Assembly (NCBI GenBank): GCA_951406725.2 | Contig: OX597831.1 | Coordinates: 51,026,001 to 51,090,000, forward strand | Origin: Octopus vulgaris | Lineage: Eukaryota | Length of the DNA stretch: 64,000 nt | Reading direction: 5' to 3' | In this document: positions 13,941 to 27,222 of the stretch, in pieces | Layout: each line of letters begins with the position of its first letter | How positions within the stretch are numbered: the stretch's first letter is position 1 | Notes under the pieces: model-generated | Seen by the model: only the letters and a program-made list of their open reading frames with translations | Told to the model about the DNA's origin: nothing | Database searches by the model: none | Position numbers and translations under genes: made by a program

Positions 13941-14307
13941 CATATATATATAAATATATATACATATATATAGATGTGTGCATATGTATATGCATATATG
14001 CATGTATATATATATATATACACGTATATATATGTATGTACCATATATATGTGTGTGAACATGCATAGAAATATATACATTTATATACACATGTATGCAC
14101 CCATATACATATATGTATATGATACACGTTGATACACGTTCATAAACATATACATATGCATACATAAATGTGTGTAATTATATGTTTAAATATGTGTTTG
14201 TGTATGTGTTTATACATTCATGTACATGTATGTATATGTATATTTATATATATACGCATCAACATGTGTATATAATCGTGGGGGAAGGAGTTGTGGTGGT
14301 GAGGACG

Positions 14308-14525
14308 TATATAAAGACATCCATTTACGTGCGGCGAGCGATCACGTTATTTCAACAATACCCTTCAGTTTGACTTGTTAGAATGAAACATATATTAAAT
14401 GAGAATAAAATCGGTTATAATGCTAAACAAATGAAATTCCAACCAAAGCGCAATGACACTCATGGTTATACACAACCAATATGGAGATAGCGCCGGTGGA
14501 TTTACGAACTTTAATTAAAATGAAG
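14308..14525 (+). promoter_or_regulatory. Candidate promoter and first exon
   Basis: Non-repetitive island with TATATAAA at 14308, a CpG-containing stretch, an ATG at 14481 (MEIAPVDLRTLIKMK) and a canonical donor AAG|gtgaga at 14525/14526. It is not securely linked to downstream exons. Confidence 0.3.
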
Positions 14526-14753
14526 GTGAGAAATTATTGTGTATTGAGTCTATGCGGCTATGGTTGTTTCTATTATAACCAAGACGTTTTTATCATTATA
14601 TACACACGCACACACACAAACAGACACACGCTTGTGCGTGTTTGTACATGTGTGTGTTTGTACATGTGTGTGCATACATGTGCAGATAAATGTATATATT
14701 TCTATGCATGTTTACACGCACACACATACACATACGTGACAATAATACATATA

Positions 14754-14789
<36 letters not shown>

Positions 14790-14849
14790 TTTATGTATGT
14801 ATGTTTTCATACATACATACATACATACATACATACATACATACATACA

Positions 14850-14928
<79 letters not shown>

Positions 14929-15279
14929 AGAGAGAGGTTTCAAATTTAGTACAACGCTAGAAAGTTTGGGGGAGAGGTAAGTCGGTTACATTAGTTAATT
15001 AGTTATATATTATAGTAAAATCTACCTATAACAACAAATTCACAGTAAAATTTGCTTGAGTTATTGCCTAAGTTATTGCCAAGTCTTCACATTTTTAGTT
15101 TTCACCCAATGCCTATTTTTTACATAATGAATTTGCCTACCATATATACTCTTCTACTTAGCATAAAACTTTAGCTATGTTGGTACTTCTGGCTCTCGTA
15201 TTTTAAGTATTCTAGTGTGTCAATATTTTAACAAAATGATGGTACCTTTTTTAATTATAATGTGATTTTTACTCTTTAC

Positions 15280-15499
15280 TCTTTTACTCTTTTACTTGTT
15301 TCAGTCATTTGACTGTGGCCATGCTGGAGCACCGCCTTTAGTTGAGCAAATTGACCCCAGGACTTATTCTTTGGATGCCTAGTACTTATTCTATCGGTCT
15401 CTTTTGCCGAACCGTTAAGTTACGGTGACGTAAACACACCAGCATCGGTTGTCAAGCGATGTTGTGGGGACAAACACAGACACACAATCATATACACAC

Positions 15500-15557
<58 letters not shown>

Positions 15558-15723
15558 ATGGCTGACTTCTTTCAGTTTCCGTCTACCAAATCTACTCACA
15601 AGGCTTTGGTCGGCCCGAGGCTTTAGCAGAAGACACTTGCCCAAGGCGCCTTGCAGTGGGACTGAACCCGGAACCATGTGGTTCGTAAGTAAGCTACTTA
15701 TCACACAGCCACTCCAACGCCTA
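15280..15723 (-). mobile_element. tRNA-derived SINE family B with internal microsatellite
   Basis: Reverse complement of ggcgcaggagtggctgtgtggtaagtagcttgctta...ggttcagtcccactg...cagcatggcc...tgaaacaagtaaaaga. Other copies at 33221-33628(+), 50991-51423(+) and 61407-61821(-); partial copies at 7341-7500, 12325-12485 and 63745-63960. Confidence 0.85.
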
Positions 15724-16549
15724 GGAGTAAATTAAAATCAAATAATTTTTAATATTCAAATTTTATCACTTGTCCTGTACTCTTCCAGGTTTATAATCTT
15801 ACGAATATTATTTCTCTTGCGCGCATTTTCCCATGTAATCTATGTTTTTTCCAGGTTATGCTATTATGTTAATTAATAATTTAAGATTTTACCTTATTGA
15901 AAATTACCTCAATGATGCCGGTGATATATATTAAAATCCCCTTATAGAACTATATTCATAAAAAAAGTATAGGACTATATTATCACCCTCAAATTTGAGA
16001 AACAAACACTCATAACTATTTTCATTCAAAACTTCATTGCATCAGATTGATATCATGAAATTCCTCAAATTGAGGTCTATCATTTAGCTTAAAATATAGT
16101 TTTTTTTAACTAAATTTAATTATACTTAAATCTAATTTTTTGCCTTACTTATATTTTTTTCATGATATTTTACCTCACAACTTTTATGATACAAATTTTG
16201 TTGCATAGGAGCAAAACTATGAAATTCCTCATGCTGTCTTCTGTCATTGAAGCTAAGATAAATATATTTTGCTTTTAAAATAAAAAAGTTATTTAGATCT
16301 ATACTTGATTGGAGGTGTTACTTACTTTTCTGTAACGTTGGTACAAATTTTGATGTAATCTTTTTTCTACTGGACCAAATCTCAATTGCCAAAATCTCAA
16401 ATGCCAAAATGTAGCTAGGGACCAGTCTTCCTCAAAAATGTTTACAGTTTTCAATTTGGTTAGGAATTGAATTAGCGACCTCTGAAGATGCTGCGTGTGA
16501 GTAAATTGCGATCTTAAGAATATTTATTATTCAACTACTACCGTAGTTG

Positions 16550-16606
<57 letters not shown>

Positions 16607-16843
16607 TGTGTATATATATATATATATATATTCATGTGTGTGTGTGCTTGTAATTGTTCGTGCAACTGTTATTGCTAATATTGTTACTGTTGATTCTGAT
16701 TTTGCTAGACGTATTATTGTTTTTGTAGAAGTGGGATGTCTTGTTTCAGCTTGTTTATTTTTCTAATGCTGTCGTCATTATCTTCGTTGCCAAGAGCTAT
16801 GACAATTTAATAGCTAATGAAAGAAATTGAGTCATACCACGGC

Positions 16844-16917
<74 letters not shown>

Positions 16918-16965
16918 TGTATGCATAAGTATGTCTGTATTAAAAGTAGTTCTAGTATAATAAAC

Positions 16966-17560
16966 ATCATTAAATACAAATACTAACGTATATACTTTTT
17001 GTATTTTTCGGTGGCTGCATTGGCGTGGCGGAGTATATAACTCTCAAGTCGTCGGTGTTAAAAAATACCCTAAGAGTCATGGACAGGCGGGATAACTCAC
17101 CCTCAATCCCATTCGGGAGTGATGGACATCGAAGTTCCGCCATTTTTTGTGGCTTGTCAACATCACGCACCCGCCTAAGTTGGAGGCAAGTCATCTACCT
17201 AGTCCAACGACTTATATGCTCATGGCTTGTAAAATCGAGCTGTTATGCCCGAAAATTGCATACCTAAGAGAAAATTTATATATGTAGTAAAAGCTGCACT
17301 AGTATAATAGATATTATTAAATACATGAAAAAGTAGTCACACTGGCTAGATGGCGGGTGCGTGGTGTTGACAAGCCAAAAAAATGGCGAAATATCGATGT
17401 CCTTCACTCCCAAATGGGATTGAGGGTGAGTTATCCCACTTGTCCATGACTTGAAAGCGTTTCTTAACACCGGTTACTTGAAAGTTATATACTCCGCTAC
17501 GTCGTTACAGCCACGGGAAAACACACAAAGCATATACATTAGTATATGTATTTAATAATG
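16966..17560. mobile_element. Foldback/MITE-like element with long imperfect inverted repeats
   Basis: Arm at about 16966-17176 is the reverse complement of about 17351-17560 (e.g. gggataactcaccctcaatcccatt / aatgggattgagggtgagttatccc), with a spacer of about 175 bp. No TSD recognised. Confidence 0.8.
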
Positions 17561-18206
17561 TGTGTGTGTGTGTGTGTGTGTGTGTGTCTGTGTGTGTAAT
17601 AGTGCTTACTTGAAACACTGTTGTATATGTTAAATTAGGAATGATTCAACAGTTCCTTATATTTCGGGTAAAATGCCCATCAACAGACGAAAACAGATAT
17701 AGAAGTATAAGTGGGTTATACATCCATTTGATTGTTTTTGAAGTATTTATATTAAGTCGCGTCTCAACATTGGATACTTTGTTGCTACTTAGATATTTTT
17801 ACAATTCTTTGTATTCTAAGGAGTTATCCAAACTCAAATTTCATGTTCTTTTATTTATTTTTTAGCTACTATCAGGCAAACAAACTTTTTTCATAACCAT
17901 CACAATTACTTAATTTTTATATATTCTGTATAAAATAATGCATGTTGTATTTTATATAAATGTTTACATAAATATAATATATGAATATTTTTGCATATCA
18001 ATACCATATAGATATATAAATATATAATATATAGTCATATAATATATATTATATATAATATACATTCATATAAGATAGATAGATAGATACATACATACAT
18101 ACATACATACATACATACATGCATGCATACATACATACATACATACATACATACATACATACATACATACATACATACATACATACATACATACATACAT
18201 ACATAC

Positions 18207-18329
<123 letters not shown>

Positions 18330-18360
18330 CATAGTGCATTATATACATATATATATATAT

Positions 18361-18960
18361 AGGGAAAGTAAGAAGAAAAGCGAAAATGTACATTGAATAT
18401 CAAAAAAATAATGGGGTTTATGAAAAGTAGCGATAAATATATACAATTAGATGAACTGAGGTAGAATTAAGAGGAATAAAAGTCAATACTTTGAATTGTT
18501 AAAGAGATTCAAAGTCATACCGGTATCGTCATTGCTGTTCACTTGTTTAGAATGCGTAGCGATTATCAAACGGTGTCGGGTCTACTAGTCCCTGAGTAAA
18601 AAGATTATGTGTAAGAGAGGCAAGTAGTTCTGGACGTAGTGCAATTGGGGTCGATATAATACTGTAACATGAATGGTGTATGGAATGTATGGGGATTAAT
18701 GGTATTATTGATAAGATTGATAGTGTTCTGTATTATGTTGTGTACATGTTAAGTTGTGGATGATATTTATTGCTGAAAGTTGCTTCTTTATTCATTCTTT
18801 GCTGTACTGGGGTGTTCTGTGAATATTGATAGAAGGGGAAAATTAGGAAATTAAGATTAAGGTTTCTAGCACAAATTTCTATGTACTCACTGATAAAAAA
18901 AGCCTTTATTTATTTTATATTCAATGTGCATTTTCACTTTTTTCTTCTTACTTTCCCCAC
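18361..18960 (-). mobile_element. Penelope-like 3' relic (GIY-YIG C-terminus plus terminal repeat) with an inverted end
   Basis: The - strand from 18852 reads NFLIFPFYQYSQNTPVQQRMNKEATFSNKYHPQLNMYTT*, the PLE endonuclease tail pattern PFY...R..E..F..KY.P.LN. 18361-18410 is an inverted copy of about 18905-18958. Confidence 0.6.
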
Positions 18961-19159
18961 ATCTTTTCCATGTGTAGTTTCTATTTTCTTTTTGACACAT
19001 ATTATCCAGAGCGTCCATAATGTTGAACACTTTCCAGATGTTTCCAATTGTAGTTTTATTCTCTCCATTAATTGCTTTCATGAGTTATTCCAAACTTCTA
19101 CCAATTTCCCTAGGGAGCTGAAGAAAATTTTTGTTGAAGGAAGCTACTCCACATAAAAA

Positions 19160-20212
19160 GTGACACAGACAGATTTATGTACCAAGAAAAAGATGGGGTA
19201 AGAGGACTAATAGGATGCGAACACAGCATTAGAGCAGAAGAAAACAACATAGCATGGTATGTAAAAAAATGCCACAGAACCGCTGTTATTAGAATTAAGA
19301 AGGTGAGGCTTGTGTAGGATGAAAGATTGCAAAGATAAAGCGCTATACAAGCAATTGAAAACGAATGAAACTAAAAATAGGTGGGTAAAGAAAAGAATGC
19401 ATGGACAATTTCATAGGGATGTTAAAGATAAGACAGACCGAGAAAAAAGATGGCTGTGGATGACTAAAAGTGATTTAAAACCGGAAACGGAAGCTGTAGT
19501 CTGATCTGCCTAAGAGCAAGCATTAAGAACAAATTATATCAAATATAGAATAAACAAGACATCAAAAAGTGATAAGTGCAGAATCTGTGGACAAAATAGT
19601 GAAACCGTATGGCATATTACCAGCCAATATACGCCACTTGCCCAGGAAGAATATAAGAGACGTCATGACAACATAACAAGGCTTGTCCATTGGACACTTT
19701 GCAACAAGTATGGACTTGACAGAGCAAAAAATTGGTACGATCACAAACCCGAAGGGATCATCGAAAATGATGGTATTTTATGATTCAGTACGACCATGAA
19801 ATAGAGAATAGGAAGCCAGACATAGTGCTAATTGAGAAAGAAAGCAACCGATGCTGGGTCATAATTATAGCATACCCAGCTGACAAAAAGGTATGCGATA
19901 AGGAAGAAAGAAAAGTCGATAGATATGGCAGGTTAGCTTGAGAGGTTAAGCAGTTGTGGTCGCTGAAAGAGATGGTAGTAGTACCAATAATTGTCGGAGC
20001 CCTGGGAATAAAAATCTTGAGAACTACATGGAACAAATAGAGGCTGCAATAAAAGTAGAGCACTAGTAGAAAATAGCACTGCTTGGAACCGCTCGAATAC
20101 TCCGGAAGGTGCTCGAAAAATAAGTAGTGTTACCTTAGTTCACTGGTAGTGAACAGCTGACACTGTAGTACACCTCCAGCTTTAGAAGCTGTGCAAAGAC
20201 AATACAATAATG
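19160..20212 (+). mobile_element. 5'-truncated R4/Dong-like non-LTR retrotransposon (zinc knuckle + restriction-like endonuclease), degenerate
   Basis: Frameshifted reading LYVPRK..GRGL...WVKKRMHGQF...LKPETEA...CRICGQNSETVWHI...KRRHDNI...RKPDIVL...VPIIVGALG...ALLGTARILRKVLEK*, stop at 20121-23, followed by an AAT-rich tail. Confidence 0.9.
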
Positions 20213-21080
20213 ATATTAGAATAATTAGGAAATTAGGAAAGTACTAGATAGCTGAAAAGAACGAATATCATGGAGGCTGTAGGTAGTAATCCCGCTAAGC
20301 ATGCAAGACTCCAGGAGTTCCAACAAACCTGTGATAAAGACAAAATAATAATGATGATGATGATGATGAGCATTTCATTTATTTGCCACAAGGACAAAGG
20401 AGGAGTACAAGACAAAGACAGACATAAAGTGTGGCGGTTTACATATAATGAAATTATATGAAAAAAAGGTAAAGCTGTCTGGTAAGTAGCTTGCTTACCA
20501 ACCACATGGTTCCGGGTTCAGTTCCACTGTGTGTCAGCTCGGCGGAATTTGAACTCAGAACGTAGCGACAGGTGACATACCTATTTCTTTATTACCCACA
20601 AGGGGCTACACACAGAGGGGACAAACAAGGACAGACATAGGTATTAAGTCGATTACATCGACCCCAGTGCGTAACTGGTACTTTAATTTATCGACCCCGA
20701 AAGGATGAAAGGCAAAGTCGACCTCGGCGGAATTTGAACTCACAACATAACGCAGACGAAATACCGCTAAGCATTTCGCCCGGCGTGCTAGCGTTTCTGC
20801 CAGCTCGCCAAGCAATTCGTTTTTTTCCTTTTGCACATACTCTCTTGTGTATATTCAAAATTTCTCACTTCATACATAAAAGTGGTTCTACTGCTTTCTT
20901 TTTCCGTGAGAGTTGCATCGGAACGCATCTCAACGCATAACATTAATAGAAAATAAAATTTCGCATTACGAATTTCCACGTCACCATAAGATTTTCAGGA
21001 AAGCAAAGCTTCTATAATGCAAGGATACCTGTGTATGTATATGTCTTTGCCTCTGTGTGTGTGTGTGTGTGTGTATGGAC

Positions 21081-21144
<64 letters not shown>

Positions 21145-21425
21145 TCACGATGCACTCACACTTCGAGCAGGAAGCTAAGGCATCATCTAACATTGTCATA
21201 GATAACGTCTTATTGGCCGCATTGTGTGTGCATATTTGTGCGTGTGTGCGCATCTTGCGTATATATACTTGTATGCATTCAGGTATACATCACCGGATGC
21301 ATGTATATGTATACATGTTTCAAATTATTGTGCGCGTGTTCATAAGCATGTAAGTGCGAAGTATGTCTGTGTATGGGTGTGGATGACTACTCCGTTTTTT
21401 TCTCTGTGTGTATGTGTGTGTATAA

Positions 21426-21458
<33 letters not shown>

Positions 21459-22375
21459 TGTATGTATGTATGTATATATGTATGTATGTATGTATATATG
21501 TATGTATATCCACATACACATATACACACATATACAGAACACGTATCTCACATATCTGTATATTCGTGTTACAATACATATTCACTTATGCTATTGTGGA
21601 GGTGGTTGTCTTAGTGTGCATATATGTAAGCCTCTGTGGAGAGTGAGAGAGAGAGAGAGAGAAGACGACAGAGATAGTTAAAAAAGGAATAAAAAAGAAT
21701 GTAAAGGTTATTAAAGAAATAGAGAAAGAAAGAAAGAAAGAAGTGGGTGAGAGAGGTCATGAGAGAGAGAGAGATCGACAGAGATAGTTAAAAGAGAAAG
21801 AAGGAATTTGAAAAGACTGAAAGAAATAGAGACAGAAAGAGGAGTGAGAGAGGGGAGAAAGAGAGAGAAAGAGAAGGAAAGAGAGGAAGCAAACGACCAA
21901 ATATTGGCTTTATGTCATTCCGGTTGTTGCATGAAGAATATTTATTCTTACTGCATATTAAACAAAGTCAAATATATAAGCTTCTTTCTCAACGCATTAA
22001 TATAAAGTAAACCCACAGTTCTGATTTTGTTCAGATGAGAGTATCTTTCTCCATCCTTGTCTCTGCTTTTCGTCCTCCCACTCTCTCTTTCTCTCCTTTC
22101 TCTCCCTCTTTCCTGTCTATCTCTATTTGTTTATCTGTATGTCTATCTATCTAATCCCCTTCAGTATTTGTCTTCGCATTTGGCACTTTTTTTAAAAAAT
22201 TATTTATTTATTTTTTGCAGATAGCCAATACCGAAATAATGAATATTAGGACAACAGAACGATTTTCCTCCTAAGCCTGTCAGTAACGCTTTTCAAAACA
22301 ACGTAATGTGCTGATTGGATCTGCGATACAAATACGCACGCTTAAACTTTAACACAGATGCACGCGCACGAGCGG

Positions 22376-22415
<40 letters not shown>

Positions 22416-22533
22416 GGACCCACATGGACACAAACATATGCGCTCGCGCGAGAAAACGGGCATAGATAAGTATATGCCTATGAATATTAACGTGCATAAC
22501 TAAATGTACACACACGTATAAACGCTTATACGT

Positions 22534-22608
<75 letters not shown>

Positions 22609-22710
22609 CGTATGCACATGCATGTATGCAGAAATACAGTAAATGCATGTACACATAAACATAGGCATATGCATATTCATACTTACGTGTGCACACATAT
22701 ATATACACGA

Positions 22711-22743
<33 letters not shown>

Positions 22744-22746
22744 ATA

Positions 22747-22805
22747 TGCAAAGTCCCTAATTCGGGAATTAGGGACTTTGCAGCCTTCGAAACATATGTA
22801 GAAAA
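22747..22805 (+). repeat. Perfect 17-bp-arm hairpin followed by the 3' half of a hammerhead
   Basis: TGCAAAGTCCCTAATTC-GG-GAATTAGGGACTTTGCA then gccttCGAAACATATGTAgaaaa. No CTGANGA upstream, where (TA)n lies instead. Confidence 0.7.
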
Positions 22806-22857
22806 TAATAAAAAGGAATTTTGTTAAATCTTCGTTCAGCTCCATTTCTTCCTACAC

Positions 22858-22922
<65 letters not shown>

Positions 22923-22989
22923 ATATATCGTTGCTATTATGCAAAAGTATCGAAAGTCCAAAACGTCTTTTGCGTTGGAATTTATGAAA

Positions 22990-24880
22990 AACCAAAGAGG
23001 CAAAAGACGAAAACAGGTGTATAAATAACAAACGGGTGCATTAGTTTAACGCTTGGGGAGGTGAGAAGGTCTTTTACGTTTCGAGCCTATGCTCTTCAGC
23101 AGAAAGGAACGTGAGAATAAATAGAGAAAGAATAAAAAAGCTTTAGAGGCTAGCGGTCGATCATGGCGGCTGCCTGAACGGAGGTGGTCAAACAGGAGAG
23201 CTAGGAAGAAGGGGAGATAATGAAGTAGTGGTGATCCCAAAATGAAGGTGCGATTGCGTGTGAATGTGAGAGTGTGTGTGTGTGTGTGTGCGTGTGGATT
23301 GGGGCTGGTAACCTTGACATATGGATGTGTGCATGTGCAGGTGTGTTCTGGGAAGTGGTCAACGCTAGTGTGTGCAGGGTGGTACAATGTGGTGATGTGC
23401 GGTGTGATGTGGTGTGGTGTGGTGCGGTGTGGCATGATGTGGTGTGGTGGTGTTAGGGTGTGTGGGATACGAAGGTGGGGTATGGGTTTGGAGTGAGTGG
23501 GTGGGGTGTGAGGGTGGGGTGGGGTGGGGTGGGGTGGGGTGGTGGTATTGGGATGTTTGGGGATAGTGGGGTTGGGATGTGTAGGGATGGGGTATGGATG
23601 GAGGGGGTAGGAGTGAAGAGAGGAAGTAGGTGTGACATGATGAGAGGAGAGAGGAGGGGAGTTAGATGAAGAGGGAAAGGGAGTTGAGCCCATGTGGAGC
23701 AAAGAGCGAAGAGAGAACATTAATTTCTGTTCACGGCGAAGGCGGGAGTCCGGATGGCCCCTGTGTAAAGACAATCCAAACACAGACAGGTGTTGTAATG
23801 AATGACCGGTAGAGCGGAAATAGCACGAGACTGAGGTGTCGTTGTCGAGTCTAATGTCTCGGAGGTGTTCCGCGAACCGGTCAACCAATCGGCGTCCAGT
23901 TTGACTGATGTACAGAGGACAGAAAGAGCAGGAGACGCAGTAAATGACGTTGCTAGAAGTGCACGTGAAGGAGTCAGTGATATGATAGGGACAATGATGG
24001 GTGTCTGTGAGGATGGTGGTGTTGGGGAGGTAGGGGCAAGTGCGGCAGCGTGGGCGGGAGCAGGGGAACGAGCCAGGTTGGAAGGTGGGGTTAGAGAAGA
24101 AACTGTGGGCCAGAAAGTTACGTAGGTTGTGAGCTCGTTTGAAGGAGGGAAGGTGTAGGTTGGAGAAGATGTGCGAAGTGGAGGGGGTCGGGCTGGAGTC
24201 GCCGGAAGGCTCGGAGAATGGTACGTTGGAAGGTAAGGTGGAGGGGTGGTAGGTGAGGGGAAACAAGAGACGGGTAACGGCGGGGCGGTGTGCATAGTGG
24301 TGAGGGGACATCCACGAAGGATAAAGTGGCGAGCCATGAGTTGAGACTGGGTTTCAAAGTCATGGTTGTCACTGCAGAGCCTGCGCAGACGGGGGAATTG
24401 GGAATAGGAGATGGAGAGCTTGGTTGAGCTATGAGTGTGCATCGGTGTGTTTGTAGTGGATGGCGGTGGTGAGAGTGGAGTGATGTATGTTGACAGAAAT
24501 GTCGAAAAAGGTGACAGAAGTGTTGGAAATGATGCAGGAGAATTCGAGGGCAGGATGGAAAGACTGGACGAAAGAGAGGAAGGAGTCTAGTTGTTCGCGG
24601 GAGAGCGAGGTCGCACTGATACAGTCATCAGTATAACGACCGTATAGTTCAGGAGTGGGACCAGTGAATCTTGAAAATATTTGGGCCTCAGTGTAGCCAA
24701 CAAACAGGTTCGCATAGTTGGAGGCCCATTTTCGTTCCCATGGCCATTCCCGAGATCTGTTAGTAAAACTCAACCGTGAACGAGAAGCAGTTAGAAGACA
24801 GAACAAGTTCGGCCAGACGAAGAAGTGTGGACGTGTCAGGTTGGGGGTTAGGTCGAAGATCTAGGTAGTTGTTGGGGCAC
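22990..24880 (-). mobile_element. Penelope-like retroelement (Neptune-type), 5'-truncated and frameshifted: RT + Cys linker + GIY-YIG endonuclease + terminal repeat
   Basis: RT: TLLRLAELVLSSNCFSF, YANLFVGY...YGRYTDD...FHPALEF; thumb: YSQFPRLRRLCSD; linker: PCSRPRCRTC; endonuclease: FTCTSSNVIYCVSC..C.LYISQTGRRLVDRFAEH...RLRREQKLMFSL. Confidence 0.95.
23071..23106 (-). ncRNA. Minimal hammerhead ribozyme motif in the Penelope terminal repeat
   Basis: The - strand reads ctttctg-CTGAAGA-Gcataggct C-GAAAC-GTA-aaag, with the palindromic ACGT stem III typical of minimal PLE hammerheads. Stem I is imperfect. Confidence 0.65.
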
Positions 24881-25878
24881 CGAATAGAATGCACTGCTGT
24901 TGATTTTGCCCCTGCACTCTGGGGTACATATCTGGAGGATGTCAATTTTACATTTCCTCTTTCTTGGATCGATAAATAAAATGTGTATCGGTTGTTGGTA
25001 CATCCCCTCCTTCCCTCTCTCTTTTTCTCTCTCTCTCTCTCTCTTTCTCTCTCTCCCTCTCTTTCTCTCTTTCCAACTGTCACATGCTCATAAAAGAAAT
25101 ATATAGAAAGTCAATTCGGCCTTTCCAGATCCCCTGGCAAATATCTCAGCCAGGTTTTAATTTAGATCTATCACTTGTACCAGGTGAAAATATGGTATTT
25201 ACTTCATCGAAACTCCAGAAGAATAAAAAGTAAATTCGAACTTGGCGGTATTTGAACTCAGAAGCAAAAGAGAAGCAGCGAGATATTGTCCAACGCTTTA
25301 TTGTTTCAGCCAATTCATTACGCTTTAAACTCAAAGAAGAGACCCTATGTGATTGCTCAGCCTCTTAGAAATAGCAACCAGACTCCTTTCGAACCGTCTT
25401 TAAAAAGACAAGATGTTAATGGCTGGGATACTTTTGATTATAAGCCTGCTGAATCACTGCTGACATGGAGCTAAACAATGTTTTACAATAAAAGCAACTG
25501 AACTACAGTTAAATACATTTAGTTCATTTGCTGTCAATTTTATCCTTTAATGGCAATTCCTTGGTTTATTTCAAAGTCAATATATATTTGTAAGAAGTGA
25601 TATAGGGATACTGAACCAACTTACTTAACGCTTTAACTTGAGTTGTGAAAAGCAAAAGTCAAAACCAGCGTCACTCAAATTCAGAATGCAGAAGGTCGAA
25701 ACTAAATTGTACAAACACTTAAATATACTGACCACCATACATACATACATGCATACATACATACATACATACATACATACATACATAGACAGACATACAG
25801 ACGGACAGACGAACAGACAGACAGACAGGCAGGCAGACAGGCAGGCAGGCATACAAACAGACAGAAAGGCAGACAGAC

Positions 25879-25924
<46 letters not shown>

Positions 25925-25969
25925 GGATGGATGGATGGATGGATGGATGGATGGATGGATGGATGGATG

Positions 25970-26040
<71 letters not shown>

Positions 26041-26049
26041 GGATGGATG

Positions 26050-26117
<68 letters not shown>

Positions 26118-26350
26118 CGGGACGATATGATAGCGCTTCTTTTCTGAATGCTTCAGCTAAGTGAAATGAAGTAACGTCAGTCAGAGATTTAAACGCAATA
26201 GCAGCCTTCCGCTCAATAATGCTATGCACAAGACATTTTGGTAGTGACTTTTTAATTTCAAACACAAGGTCACATCACATAAAGAATAGAAATGATAATA
26301 GTTTACTTAATCGACCGCAATACATGACTGGTTCCTATTTGTTTAGCACA

Positions 26351-26651
26351 TCTTTATATATAAAAGTGAAGTTGTGTGAGTGTCTGTCTCCTACGATTTA
26401 GATTCCTAACTATTCCCACATTTTGCGGTGCAGTTTAACCAAAACCGGGTATCTTATAGTCGTGATTCATATCGAGCCCTTCTGGGTATTAGCGCGCATC
26501 TACGATGAGTCTATGATTCTAAAAAAAATTTACCATCATTCTTTCCCATTTTTAATGCATTTTTTGCTATTATATAAAGGAAGTAACTCTCTAAAAATGG
26601 TTATATAGTTATTTCCCTTCAAACCCGAGCAATGCCGGGCAATACTGCTAG
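26351..26651 (+). mobile_element. Non-autonomous Helitron (301 bp)
   Basis: A|TCTTTATATATAAAA at the 5' end; 3' hairpin CCCGaGC-aat-GCCGGG (26624-26639); terminal CTAG|T. Inserted between A and T with no TSD. Confidence 0.85.
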
Positions 26652-27109
26652 TTCACCATGAAGGACATTTCAATAATGTTCAGTACAAGTTGACAACTTT
26701 ATAGAGGAAAGAATTGAGAGTGTGTTATGTTGACATATTTTTTTCATATTGGCCACTCAAAGGCACATAAACCAAGGACGGTAAATAGTAAACTTAAAGT
26801 TAAGGCGGCGAGCTAGCAGAAACGTTAGCACGCCGGGTGAAATGCTTAGCAGTATTTCGTCTGCCGTTACGTTCTGAGTTCAAATTCCGCCGAGGTCGAC
26901 TTTGCCTTTCCTCCTTTCGGGGTCGAATAAATAAGTACCAGTTACGCACTGGGGTTCGATATTATCGACTTAATCCGTTTGTCTGTCCTTGTTTGTCCTC
27001 TCTGTGTTTAGCCCCTTGTGGGTAGTAAAGAAATAGGTAAATAGTAAATTTTCTTCACATAAATGAGTATATATTTGGCTCAGTCATATAATGTTGATTT
27101 CTCTATTAG

Positions 27110-27222
27110 TGGTCAGAAAAGACTCAAGTCTTTGCACACGCCAAACATCATGATTCTGCGTTGCATTTAACTGAAAAGAGACTTTTTTATGACAGTTATA
27201 GTAAAACGTTGAAGAGCCACAG
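27110..27222 (+). CDS. Candidate upstream coding exon of the + strand gene (phase 0 to 2)
   Basis: Acceptor gatttctctattag|, donor AG|gtgggc; open frame WSEKTQVFAHAKHHDSALHLTEKRLFYDSYSKTLKSH, reminiscent of SMPDL3 EKVYIIAH...YNExLxxIFxKY. The end phase is compatible with exon 37889. Confidence 0.5.

Noticed and set aside
23046-24311. 421-aa ORF as a host gene
   Set aside because: It is the frameshifted Penelope endonuclease region running into low-complexity 3' sequence.
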